Source of the DNA: Longimicrobiales bacterium
Lineage (GTDB): Bacteria > Gemmatimonadota > Gemmatimonadetes > Longimicrobiales > Gaopeijiaceae
Direction of reading: 5' to 3'
Length of the DNA stretch: 64,000 nucleotides
Assembly: GCA_965116905.1 (NCBI GenBank)
Contig: OZ220732.1
Location: 192,001 to 256,000 of the forward strand
Shown here: in pieces, positions 1 to 8,981 of the stretch
Layout of the letters: every line of letters begins with the position of its first letter
Numbering within the stretch: position 1 is the stretch's first letter
The notes under the pieces: model-generated
What the model saw: the letters and a program-made list of their open reading frames with translations, nothing else
Database searches by the model: none
Told to the model about the DNA's origin: nothing
Translations under genes and position numbers: made by a program

Positions 1-1
1 G

Positions 2-196
2 CCGACCCCGCAGAGCGCCTGGCCGGAGCCGGCGGAGGCGTCGCACCCCACGTTCGCCGAGTCCGTGGCAAGAGCCTACGAAGCCGGTGTCGAGGTTTCG
101 TTCAACGGATTGTTCGCCGGGGAAACGCGGCGCCGGATATCGCTCCCGGCCTACCCGTTCGAGCGAAGGCGTCACTGGATCGAAGTGGACGGCTGA
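2..196 (+). CDS. C-terminal end (partial) of a type I polyketide synthase, SupA-like
   Basis: Frame +2 reads ...FAESVARAYEAGVEVSFNGLFAGETRRRISLPAYPFERRRHWIEVDG*. LPxYPFxxxxxW is the post-AT linker motif of type I PKS. An ACP and a hydrolase lie next to it. Absent from the ORF track because it runs off the window edge. Confidence 0.8.
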   Translation, partial: PTPQSAWPEPAEASHPTFAESVARAYEAGVEVSFNGLFAGETRRRISLPAYPFERRRHWIEVDG

Positions 197-215
197 GATC
201 GAAGTGGACGGCTGA
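178..215. repeat. Exact 19-bp tandem duplication (gatcgaagtggacggctga x2) spanning the PKS stop codon
   Basis: Read directly at 178-196 and 197-215. Confidence 0.95.
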
Positions 216-228
216 GCGCTCGGAACAC

Positions 229-1146
229 TCAGATCAGCCGTTTTTCCTCCAAGTACCCGCGCATGGTCTCTACGCATTCCTCAGGCTTCTCCAACTGCAG
301 GAAATGCGTCGTCTCCGGGATGAAGTCGTAGTCGATGCTCTGAATGTGACTGAGGTTGAACGTGGGCAGATACGCGAAGGTCGACGTGGGGTCGGAACCG
401 ATCACCTTCGTTGGACACGGGAGGTTTCCGAAGTCCACCAGGAAGGCGTAGGTCCGTATGTACGCGATGATCTGCGCTTCGTACTCCCGGGGGCACCGAA
501 GCTCGAAGCCGTCTTCCCCGGGAGATTCGGTCAGAACGGTTCTGGCCATGAGGTCGGAAGCGCCGGGAACTGCCCGCAGCAGCAGCGGCAGGTAGCTCAT
601 GAGATCGGCAAAGTCGCTTCGGTGGCGGAATCGATGGGTGCGTAGCCGTGTCAACCCGGCGGAACGGTCGGCCAGCGCGTCGTAGTCCGGGTCGCCCGGA
701 CCGGGCCTGTACAGGGGCGGATCGAACAGGACCCAGGCGGACAGGGTCCCGCTGCGCCCCTCGGAAAGCTCAGGCGACAGCAGCGTGGTCAGCGCCGACA
801 GGGAATGGAACACGCCGATCGTCGGCCGATCCCCGTATTTCGCCGCCACCGCATCGATCACCTGCTCCTGATCCCGGACCAGATTGGGCACATTGTGTTC
901 GTCGCGATCACCGACCTCGTTCCACCCGTGGTTTCTCAGGTCGTAGACGAACAGATCGAAGTCGTCGACAAGCAGCGACCAGAAGGGGTAGTAGAGATCG
1001 ATCGCAAGCCCGTTGCCGTGGCACAGCAGAAGCCGGGGCCCGGCGGGATTCCCGTGCCGGCGCACGATCGTGACGCTGCCGTCAGCGTGACGAACACGGC
1101 ACAGCGAATGCGGCTGGGGTACCTCCCACACGGCTCGCGAACTCAC
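229..1146 (-). CDS. Alpha/beta-fold hydrolase (SupD-like)
   Basis: HGNG oxyanion motif, YDLRNHG, nucleophile elbow GVFHSLS, C-terminal THFLQLE His. Confidence 0.85.
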   Translation of the reverse strand: MSSRAVWEVPQPHSLCRVRHADGSVTIVRRHGNPAGPRLLLCHGNGLAIDLYYPFWSLLVDDFDLFVYDLRNHGWNEVGDRDEHNVPNLVRDQEQVIDAVAAKYGDRPTIGVFHSLSALTTLLSPELSEGRSGTLSAWVLFDPPLYRPGPGDPDYDALADRSAGLTRLRTHRFRHRSDFADLMSYLPLLLRAVPGASDLMARTVLTESPGEDGFELRCPREYEAQIIAYIRTYAFLVDFGNLPCPTKVIGSDPTSTFAYLPTFNLSHIQSIDYDFIPETTHFLQLEKPEECVETMRGYLEEKRLI

Positions 1147-1227
1147 ACCCCGGCAACCCCTCTGGTTCCTGCGGTCAGAACTGGAAACTGCCCGACCCCC
1201 GGGAGGGGCGGTCGAGCAGCGGCAGGG

Positions 1228-1458
1228 TCAGCCCATCTTCGAATCGAGGTGCGCGACCAGCTTGCCGAAGGTTGTAATCTTGCCGCAGTCCTCGGGCGGA
1301 ATCGATACGTTGAACTCGCGCTCAACGATCCGCATGAAGGCCACCGCATCCAGTGAGGAGACTCCTGAATCGGCGAAGCCTCCGTCAAGGCTCGGTTCGT
1401 GACCCAGATCCAGGTGTTGATCGATCAGTGCTCTCAGTCGGCTCTCGGTTCCGGCCAT
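1228..1458 (-). CDS. Stand-alone acyl carrier protein (SupB-like)
   Basis: 76 aa, acidic; DSGVSSLDAVAF phosphopantetheine-site region; IVEREFNVSIP and TFGKLV are typical of ACP helices. Confidence 0.85.
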   Translation of the reverse strand: MAGTESRLRALIDQHLDLGHEPSLDGGFADSGVSSLDAVAFMRIVEREFNVSIPPEDCGKITTFGKLVAHLDSKMG

Positions 1459-1607
1459 CGGTAGCTGGTCCTCAGGTGTTGGGAATTGTGTCGGGAAATT
1501 GGACGATCCGAAAAGTCAGTCGGTAAAATAGTGCCGTGCCCGGATACCAAAGTCAAGAATCCAAAGTCAGGAATCCGGAATTCCCCAAAACGGCCGAGCA
1601 AGGTCCC

Positions 1608-3371
1608 ATGACCCCGACACCCACCGCATCGCCTGCTGCCGGCCCCACCGTCCGCTACCAGCCCGACGAGACGCCGCCGCCCGGGCTCGCGGCAGGCGTG
1701 GGACTGCAGCTGGCGGTGCTCAACATCGCCGCCGTGATGCTGATCCCGATGGTCGTGATGCGGGCTGCCGGGATGTCGGACACCTACCTGGCATGGGCCG
1801 TGCTCGCCTCGGTGACCGTGTGCGGCCTGACGACGGTGATCCAGGCGTTTCGCGCCGGCCGCATCGGCACCGGACACGTGATGGTCATGGGCACCTCCGG
1901 GGCGTTCATCCCGGCCTCGATCATGGCACTGGTCGAGGGCGGCCCCGCCCTGCTGGCCACCCTTGTCGTGGTCTCGGCGCTGGTCCCGCTGGTGCTCTCG
2001 TGGCGACTGTCCCTGTTCCAGCGGATCCTGACCCCCGCCGTCTCCGGGACCGTGATCATGCTCATCCCGGTCACGGTGCTGCCGTTCATCTCCGGCCTCC
2101 TCTCCGGGACCCAGGAGGGCGCAAGCGCAACCGGTGCGCCGCTCAGCTTCCTGGTGACCGTCATCGTCATCGGCGGCCTGGCCCTGAAGGCCACCGGCCC
2201 CCTGAAGCTCTGGGCACCCGTCATCGGCGTGGTCGCAGGCTCGGTGATCGCGGCCCAACACGGCCTCTATGACCTTCAGCGCGTCGGCGCGGCCGCGTGG
2301 ATCGACCTCCCCAGGCCCAGTCCGCCCGGCCTCGACCTACGCCTCGGCCCCGCCTTCTGGACGCTTCTCCCCTCCTTCCTGCTCGTGGCCGTGATCGCCG
2401 CCGTTCGCACGATGAGCAGCGCGGTGGCGGTTCAGCGCGTGTCGTGGCGCCGGAAGGACCGGGCGATCGACTTCCGCGCCGTTCAGGGCGCGGTGGCGGT
2501 GGACGGCGTGGGTAATCTTCTCGCCGGGCTGGCCGGGACCGTCCCGGGCAGCGCCACCACCACCAGCGTCCCGCTGACACAGCTCACCGGCGTGGCCGCC
2601 CGGGCGGTCGGGGTCGTCGCCGGCGCGGCGTTCATCGCGCTGGCGTTTCTCCCAAAGGCGTTCGCGGCCATCCTCGCCATCCCGGACCCGGTCTTCGCCG
2701 GCTATCTCGTCATCCTGCTCGCGATGCTCTTTGCGATCGGCATGAAGATCGTCCTGCAGGACGGGCTCGGCTATCGCGACGGCCTGGTCGTCGGCATCGC
2801 CTTCCTGACCGGCGTGAGCCTGCAATACGGCGTGATCTTCCCGGAACACGTCTCGGGATTCGCGGGCGGCCTGCTCGCGAACGGCATGAACGCGGGGGGC
2901 TTCGCCGCAATCCTCATGACCCTGTTCCTGCGAGCCACGGCTCCACGCCGCAGCCGGATCGAAACCTCGGCCGACCTGTCGGAACTGGAGGCGGTCAGGG
3001 GGTTTCTGAGCGACTTCGCGGCCGAGAGCGGGTGGGGCCCGGAAATGGCCGACCGGCTCGCGGCCGCGACGGAGGAGGCGCTGCTCACGCTCGGCGAAGG
3101 GGCCGCGGGCGCCGCGGAGACCCGGCAGGACGGTCGGCGGCGACTGCTGATCGTGGCTCGCCGGGAAGCGGACAACGCGGTTCTCGACCTCCATGTCGCG
3201 CCCGTCGGCGAGAACCTCCAGGACAGGGTCGCCCTGCTCGCCGAGGTGGAGGACAAGGCGCTGGTCGAGCGAGAGGTCTCTCTGCGCCTCCTACGCCACC
3301 TGGCGTCGTCCGTGCGGCATCGACAGTACCACGACACGGACATCGTGACGGTGCGCGTGGAGGCCCGATGA
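1608..3371 (+). CDS. NCS2 (xanthine/uracil/vitamin C) permease with a C-terminal soluble RsbW/HATPase-like domain (SupE-like)
   Basis: Many TM segments, N-terminal RYQPDE..P motif, MGTSGAF. Hydrophilic C-tail with RLAAATEEALLTL. Start placed at ATG 1608 (uncertain). Confidence 0.8.
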   Translation: MTPTPTASPAAGPTVRYQPDETPPPGLAAGVGLQLAVLNIAAVMLIPMVVMRAAGMSDTYLAWAVLASVTVCGLTTVIQAFRAGRIGTGHVMVMGTSGAFIPASIMALVEGGPALLATLVVVSALVPLVLSWRLSLFQRILTPAVSGTVIMLIPVTVLPFISGLLSGTQEGASATGAPLSFLVTVIVIGGLALKATGPLKLWAPVIGVVAGSVIAAQHGLYDLQRVGAAAWIDLPRPSPPGLDLRLGPAFWTLLPSFLLVAVIAAVRTMSSAVAVQRVSWRRKDRAIDFRAVQGAVAVDGVGNLLAGLAGTVPGSATTTSVPLTQLTGVAARAVGVVAGAAFIALAFLPKAFAAILAIPDPVFAGYLVILLAMLFAIGMKIVLQDGLGYRDGLVVGIAFLTGVSLQYGVIFPEHVSGFAGGLLANGMNAGGFAAILMTLFLRATAPRRSRIETSADLSELEAVRGFLSDFAAESGWGPEMADRLAAATEEALLTLGEGAAGAAETRQDGRRRLLIVARREADNAVLDLHVAPVGENLQDRVALLAEVEDKALVEREVSLRLLRHLASSVRHRQYHDTDIVTVRVEAR

Positions 3372-5581
3372 CCTGCACTCCGATGCACACCCTCAGACGG
3401 CGCATTCCCATCCGCAGACGGCGCATTCCCGTCCGCAGACGGCCCGTTCCCGTCCTCGGGCGCATCGTTCCCATCCTGGCTCTCGCCGCGGCCGCCTGCG
3501 GGGGTGAGGCAGCGCCTCCCGTGCCGGCGTCGGTGACGGTCGTCCCCGGCGCCCTCACCTTCGCTTCGCTGGCCGACACCGCCCGCCTCACCGCGACCGT
3601 GCGCGACGAGAACGGCGAAGTCATGCCGGCCGCCACCATCACGTGGCTCTCCCAGGACGCGGAAGTGGCCCGAATCTCCCCCTCCGGGAGCACCCCACCC
3701 GAGGGCGCCCCCTCCGTGCTGGTCACCTCCGTCGCGGACGGCAGCACGAGAATCACCGCTACCGCGGGCGGCGCGAGCGGCACCGCAACCGTGCAGGTCG
3801 AACAGGTCGCCACGACCGTCGAAGTCGCCGCGCCCATCGACTCCCTCATGGTCGGCGACTCCGTGCAGATGACCGCCCACGCAACCGATGCGGTCGGATC
3901 GGAAGTGGTCGGCGCCCTCTTCTCCTGGGAATCGAGCGACCCCGCGGTCGCCACCGTCGACGACGATGGCTGGGTGCGTGCCCGCGCCCCCGGATCGGCC
4001 GAAATCGCCGCCATTCTCGGCGAACTCCGTGCGTCGGCGGCCCTGACCCTGTTGCCGCTGCCCGAACGCACGGTTCTCCAGGCGATCTACGAGGCAGGCG
4101 GTGGAGCACTGTGGAAGGACAACACCAACTGGCTCACCGACGCTCCGCTCGCCGAATGGTTCGGGGTCCACCTGAACGAAGACGGCCAGGTCGTCCACTT
4201 GCTGCTCACCGACAACGGGCTCATCGGCACGATACCGCCCGAAATCGCCAGCCTCAGCCACCTGGAGTCCCTGCACATTGGACTCAACGACCTGACCGGG
4301 CCCCTGCCGCCCGAAATCGCCCACCTCAAGCGGCTCAAGTCCCTCGAGCTGACCTACAACGCGTTCGACGGCCCCATCCCGCCCGAAATCGGCAGCCTCG
4401 AGTCCCTGGAATGGCTCGGCGCGTTCGGCAACGCGTTCACCGGCGAAATCCCCCCCGAAATCGGCGACCTCGGCAAACTGGAGTCGCTGGACCTCTGCTA
4501 CAATCGCCTCACCGGCCCCATCCCGCCCGAGATCGGCAACCTCGCCAGCCTGAAGCGACTCGCGCTCTGCGGCATCGACGCCAACCCCACCGAGGGCAAC
4601 CGCCTGAGCGGCGAAATCCCCCCGGAAATCGGCAAGCTCACCAACCTCAGCCTGCTGAGCCTGGGGGCCAACCGCCTCACCGGCCCCATCCCGCCCGAGA
4701 TCGGCAACCTGGCCGCGCTCGACTCGCTTCTGCTCTACAGCAATGAGCTGACCGCCATCCCGCCCGAGATCGGCAACCTCGAGAGCCTCCAATGGCTCGT
4801 GCTCTACGGGAACCGCCTGACCGGCTCCATTCCGCCCGAAATCGGCAAATTACACAAATTGCGTATTTTACACATCGGCTGGGGATGGGCGAGCGGCCGC
4901 AACCTGCTCACCGGCTCCATTCCGCCGGAAATCGGCAACCTCACCGGCCTCCAGCACGTGGACCTGGGCGGCAATCAGCTCTCCGGGCCCATCCCGCCGG
5001 AGATCGGCAACCTCCGCTCGCTGACCAACCTCGAACTGGGCTCGAACGCGCTCGATGGGCCCATCCCGGCCGAGATCGGCAACCTGACCCGCCTGACCTC
5101 GTTCGCCGCCTGCCCGAACAGCCTGGAGGGACGGATCCCGCCCGAGTTCGGCAAGCTCGGACGGCTGACCCAGCTCTTCCTCTGCAGCAACGAGTTCTCC
5201 GGTCCGATGCCCCCGGAGCTCGGCGAACTGCACAGTCTCCGCCAGCTCATCGTAGTCGGCAACCGCCTGACCTCGGCGGTCCCGGGGTCGATGGTCTCGC
5301 TCCGCCGCCTCCGCGAGTTCTACTGGCAGAACAACGACGGACTGTGCGTGCCGGTGCTCTCGGAATTCGACTCCTGGCTCGCCGGCATCCCCTCCCACCG
5401 CGGCGACCGCTGCGCTCCCGCATCGGCACAGGCGACCGAGTCGACAACGTCCGTCGGCCCTCTGCGCACGGGCGGCCCTCTGCGCACGGGCGACCCTCTG
5501 CGCACGGGTCCGCGTATGCATGTGACCAGAGAGCGGCCCCTGTCGCCCCGCCCCGTCGCGGACCTTCTCCGCCGCCGGTAG
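3368..5581 (+). CDS. Lipoprotein with Ig-like (Big_2) domains and about 15-16 plant-type leucine-rich repeats
   Basis: ATGA overlap with the permease stop; lipobox LAAAACG; two Ig-like segments (ITWLSQDAEVARI, FSWESSDPAVATVD); LRR N-cap (NWLTDAPLAEWFGV); repeats of LxxLxxLxLxxNxLTGxIPPEIG. Confidence 0.9.
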   Translation: MTCTPMHTLRRRIPIRRRRIPVRRRPVPVLGRIVPILALAAAACGGEAAPPVPASVTVVPGALTFASLADTARLTATVRDENGEVMPAATITWLSQDAEVARISPSGSTPPEGAPSVLVTSVADGSTRITATAGGASGTATVQVEQVATTVEVAAPIDSLMVGDSVQMTAHATDAVGSEVVGALFSWESSDPAVATVDDDGWVRARAPGSAEIAAILGELRASAALTLLPLPERTVLQAIYEAGGGALWKDNTNWLTDAPLAEWFGVHLNEDGQVVHLLLTDNGLIGTIPPEIASLSHLESLHIGLNDLTGPLPPEIAHLKRLKSLELTYNAFDGPIPPEIGSLESLEWLGAFGNAFTGEIPPEIGDLGKLESLDLCYNRLTGPIPPEIGNLASLKRLALCGIDANPTEGNRLSGEIPPEIGKLTNLSLLSLGANRLTGPIPPEIGNLAALDSLLLYSNELTAIPPEIGNLESLQWLVLYGNRLTGSIPPEIGKLHKLRILHIGWGWASGRNLLTGSIPPEIGNLTGLQHVDLGGNQLSGPIPPEIGNLRSLTNLELGSNALDGPIPAEIGNLTRLTSFAACPNSLEGRIPPEFGKLGRLTQLFLCSNEFSGPMPPELGELHSLRQLIVVGNRLTSAVPGSMVSLRRLREFYWQNNDGLCVPVLSEFDSWLAGIPSHRGDRCAPASAQATESTTSVGPLRTGGPLRTGDPLRTGPRMHVTRERPLSPRPVADLLRRR
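3394..3456. repeat. Imperfect 21-bp tandem repeat x3 in the LRR signal region
   Basis: cagacggcgcattcccatccg / cagacggcgcattcccgtccg / cagacggcccgttcccgtcct. Confidence 0.9.
5456..5509. repeat. Imperfect 18-bp tandem repeat x3 in the LRR C-terminal tail
   Basis: ggccctctgcgcacgggc x2 plus gaccctctgcgcacgggt (GPLRTG x3). Confidence 0.9.
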
Positions 5582-5634
5582 TGTATCAGGGGCGGAGGAA
5601 TACCGACTTCACCACCCAGCCCGCTGGACATTCA

Positions 5635-6408
5635 ATGGCTGCCTTGCCCAGCACCTTGCCCAGCACCTTGCCGACCGCCACTGCGTTCGCGGCTGCCATC
5701 GCGGCTGCCCTCCTCGTCTCCTTTTCCACCGCATTTGCGCAGACCGACCCCGACGACGACATCTCGTTCCACCTGGTGGGCCAGGTCGTCGACAATGCCA
5801 CAGGCGCACCGGTGCCCGGCGCCCGGGTGTCCGTCGCGGCGTCCGAGTGGATGTCCGTGACCAACTCGGAAGGGCGCTTCATCCTGCATGGCCTGCGCCC
5901 CGGACCGCACCGGGTGTCGGTCGAGCAGCTGGGCTACCACACGCTTGTCGCCCAGGTGCATGCCGGGACGGAGACAGCTCCGCTGCGGCTCGGGATCGAA
6001 CCGGACCCCATCGTTCTCGAGGGCCTCGAGGTGGTCGGCCGGCGTTTCGAGAGACGGCGGCGCGCCACAGGCCTGAGGGTCAGCGAGTTCGGCCAGCACG
6101 ACCTGGCGGCCAGCAGCAGTCGCTCGGCGGCCGAAATGCTGGAGGAGCGCATTCCGGTCCAGCGGACCCGGTGCGACGATGGGGCGTTCGAGTGCGTTTT
6201 CTCACGCGGCGGACGGATGCGTCCCACCGTCTGCATCGACGAAACCCCGACGATCGATGGCTGGAACGCCCTCGCGGCGTACCGTCCCCAGGATTTCCAT
6301 ATGATCGAGGTCTACGGGCGAGCCAGTCTGGTCCGCGCCTACACCCACCATTTCATGGAGCGCGCTGCCCGGATCCGGTTTCTGCCGACTGCGGTGGGCT
6401 CCTGCTAG
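5635..6408 (+). CDS. Exported protein with a carboxypeptidase-regulatory-like domain and a plug-like C-terminal region (no beta-barrel)
   Basis: Signal peptide ending AFA-Q; GQVVDNATGAPVPGARV...TNSEGRF...LGY; DPIVLEGLEVV; C-terminal CIDE...FHMIEVY. Confidence 0.7.
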   Translation: MAALPSTLPSTLPTATAFAAAIAAALLVSFSTAFAQTDPDDDISFHLVGQVVDNATGAPVPGARVSVAASEWMSVTNSEGRFILHGLRPGPHRVSVEQLGYHTLVAQVHAGTETAPLRLGIEPDPIVLEGLEVVGRRFERRRRATGLRVSEFGQHDLAASSSRSAAEMLEERIPVQRTRCDDGAFECVFSRGGRMRPTVCIDETPTIDGWNALAAYRPQDFHMIEVYGRASLVRAYTHHFMERAARIRFLPTAVGSC

Positions 6409-7693
6409 CGCCGCGCATCTCCGCCGCGCGGGCGTGCGCCTCGAGCCCTTCCATGCGGGCGAGCGCGGCCGCGTCCCTAGCCAGCAGGTCGCGCTCCGGG
6501 CCCGGTTCCAGCCGGAGCCAGGTGGGCCGCCGAAGGAAGGACAGCACGGACAGGCCGCCGGTGAATCGCGCCGTGCCTCCCGTCGGGAGCGTGTGGTTGG
6601 GCCCTGCGCCGTAGTCGCCGAAGACTTCCGCGACGGATTCGTCGACGAACAGCGACCCGAATGTGGTCAGCGTCTCCGCCCACGCTTCGGCGCGGCTCCC
6701 GTGAAGCTGCAGGTGTTCGGGTGCGAGATCCTCGCAGCTGCGCAGGGCGGCGGCTTCAGGGGCCACCACGGCAAAGCCGTTCTTGAGGGCGGCGATCGCC
6801 GTCTCGGCGGTGGGCAGGCCGGCCAGTTGCCGGTCGAGCTCGCGTTCCACGCCCCCGACCAGGTTCGCGGACGTCGTGATGAGGACCGGTAGCGCGGCGG
6901 AGTCGTGCTCGGCCTGCGCCAGCAGGTCGGCCGCGATAAGGGCGGGGTCGCCTTCCTCGTCCGAGAGGACGGCCAGCTCGGAGGGGCCGGCCAGCAGGTC
7001 GATGCCGACCACGCCCGACAGGAGGAGCTTCGCGGCGGTCACCCACTGGTTTCCGGGCCCGACGACGACATCGCATCGCGGCACGGGGCCGACGCCGTAC
7101 GCCATGGCCGCCACGGCCTGCGCCCCTCCCACGCACAGCAGCCCATCCACCCCCGCCACCACCCCCGCCGCCATCACCTCGCGGGACGGTCTCGGCGAGG
7201 CCAGCCACACCTCGTGCACCCCGGCCACCCTGGCCGTCACGGCCGTCATGAGCACGGACGACGGCAGGGGGAACCGCCCGCCCGGGGCGTAGCACCCCGC
7301 CACCCGCACGGGCACCACGCGGTCGCCGGCCGTCCCCCCCTCGACCGGCACGGACACGGGCGCGGCCGCCGCCATCTGGGCGCGCGCGAAGTGCTCGATC
7401 CGGCCGGCGGCGCGCTTGAGCACGTCGCGATCCGCCCGCGGCAGTGAATCCAGGGCAGCCTCCATCTCGCGGGGAGTCCTGACCAGCACCCCGCCGGCTT
7501 CGATACCGTCCCACCGCTCCGCGAATTCGCGCAGCGCCTCCTCTCCACCCTTGCGCACCGCTTCGACGATCTCCAGCACGGCCGGGATGATCCCGGGCGG
7601 CACGGCAGGCTGGCGGGCGCGGCCCACGTCGGCTGCGGCAACTCGTCTCAAGCGCACGCGCGGCGGCCCATCAGCCGCCCGATCGTCACGCAC
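6353..7693 (-). CDS. hisD: Histidinol dehydrogenase
   Basis: GCYAPGG..PLPSSVLM, GGAQAVAA, VVGPGN, AGPSE, DLLAQAEHD, APEHL, GDYGAGPNHTLPTGG. GTG start at 7693 overlaps the upstream stop. Confidence 0.95.
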   Translation of the reverse strand: MRDDRAADGPPRVRLRRVAAADVGRARQPAVPPGIIPAVLEIVEAVRKGGEEALREFAERWDGIEAGGVLVRTPREMEAALDSLPRADRDVLKRAAGRIEHFARAQMAAAAPVSVPVEGGTAGDRVVPVRVAGCYAPGGRFPLPSSVLMTAVTARVAGVHEVWLASPRPSREVMAAGVVAGVDGLLCVGGAQAVAAMAYGVGPVPRCDVVVGPGNQWVTAAKLLLSGVVGIDLLAGPSELAVLSDEEGDPALIAADLLAQAEHDSAALPVLITTSANLVGGVERELDRQLAGLPTAETAIAALKNGFAVVAPEAAALRSCEDLAPEHLQLHGSRAEAWAETLTTFGSLFVDESVAEVFGDYGAGPNHTLPTGGTARFTGGLSVLSFLRRPTWLRLEPGPERDLLARDAAALARMEGLEAHARAAEMRGASRSPPQSAETGSGQRAP

Positions 7694-8981
7694 GGCCCGG
7701 CCGCTTCGGCTCCGACGCCACCCTGCGCCTGACCGTGAGGCTTCTCCGGTCCAGCTCCCGCTCCACATCGGCCAGACTGGCCCCGGCGCGCTCCAGCGCC
7801 ACCGTCAGGAAGTACATCACGTCCGCGGCCTCCTCGACGACGCGGTCGGCGACGACCTCCCCGCTCGGCTCGGCACCCGCCGCCTCCCCCAGTTCGCCGG
7901 CCTCTTCCACGAGCTTGCCGCGCAGGAACGCACCGTCCTCGAGCAGCCGCCCCGTCAGCGACCCGGGCACCGCCCGGGCCCGCCGCGACTTCACGGTCCG
8001 CTCCAGCTTCCGGAGCCCCCGCGCCGGACCGAAGCACGTCCAGTCGCCCTGGTGGCAGAACCCGCCGCCCGCCTGCCGCACGACGAACCGCAGGGCATCG
8101 CGGTCGCAGTCGGCCTCGATGCCGAGCAGCGCCTGGGTCGCGCCCGAGGTGGCACCCTTGCGCCACAGCCCGCGCGTGCGCGAATGATACACGCCAATGC
8201 CCTCGTCGATCGCGGTGCGGATGCTCTCCGGACCGGACCAGACGAGGCCCAGCGCGCCACCGCGCTCGTCGCACACGACCGTTGGCCAGAGCCCGTCGGC
8301 CCGCTCGCTGCGCAGCGGGGCCGTGAACGCCTCGGCCAGTCCGAGGTGGCCGCGGTACAGCGCCATCCCCACCTGGGCATCGGCGCCCGAACGGTCCAGC
8401 CACGCAATCTCCTCCGCGGTAGTGATGCCTCCCGCGACGGTCAGGCGTGAGGTGCCCGCGGCTTCCACCAAGGGCGCAATCTGGTCCCGGGGAAAGCCGC
8501 CCTCCTTGCCCTCGCCCTCGACGAAGGTCACGAGGAAGCTCCCCGCGAGGCCGCTCAGTTCGCGCATGCCCTCGTAGACGGTGCGGCCGGTGCGCCTGGT
8601 CCACCCCTTGACCACGACCTCGCCCTCCCACGCGTCCAGTGCGGCCACGACCCGGTCGCGCGGCAGCCCTTCCAGCACCTCCGGTACGGCCGCCGTGCCC
8701 AGCACCACCTTCACGGCGCCCCGATCGAGCCAATCGAGCGCCGCATCGCGGTCGCGGATGCCGCCCCCCACCCGGCACGGCGCGATCGCGCACAGTTCTT
8801 CCATGACGGCCGCGTTGGACCCCCGCCCCAGCGCGGCATCGAGATCCACCACCGCGACCTCGCCCACCCGGCCGAAGCGCTCGGCGAGCGGCCGCGGATC
8901 GCCTGCTTCCAGCACCTTGCGGCGGCCCTGCACCAACTGCACGGCCTGACCGTCCATGAGGTCGATCGAGGGAATGATCAC
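7686..8981 (-). CDS. hisAIE: HisA-HisI-HisE fusion (ProFAR isomerase / PR-AMP cyclohydrolase / PR-ATP pyrophosphatase)
   Basis: N-terminal IIPSIDLMDGQAVQL, VVDLDAA, VGGGIR (HisA); WRKGATSG, DCDRDAL, FCH...CF (HisI); KLVEEAGEL, EEAADVMYF (HisE). GTGA overlap with the hisF stop. Confidence 0.9.
   Translation of the reverse strand: MIIPSIDLMDGQAVQLVQGRRKVLEAGDPRPLAERFGRVGEVAVVDLDAALGRGSNAAVMEELCAIAPCRVGGGIRDRDAALDWLDRGAVKVVLGTAAVPEVLEGLPRDRVVAALDAWEGEVVVKGWTRRTGRTVYEGMRELSGLAGSFLVTFVEGEGKEGGFPRDQIAPLVEAAGTSRLTVAGGITTAEEIAWLDRSGADAQVGMALYRGHLGLAEAFTAPLRSERADGLWPTVVCDERGGALGLVWSGPESIRTAIDEGIGVYHSRTRGLWRKGATSGATQALLGIEADCDRDALRFVVRQAGGGFCHQGDWTCFGPARGLRKLERTVKSRRARAVPGSLTGRLLEDGAFLRGKLVEEAGELGEAAGAEPSGEVVADRVVEEAADVMYFLTVALERAGASLADVERELDRRSLTVRRRVASEPKRPGRA

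Noticed and set aside
4190..5350. Regular ~72-bp periodicity resembling a CRISPR array or DGR target
   Set aside because: These are coding LRR units with degenerate repeats; there are no cas genes, reverse transcriptase or template repeat in the window.
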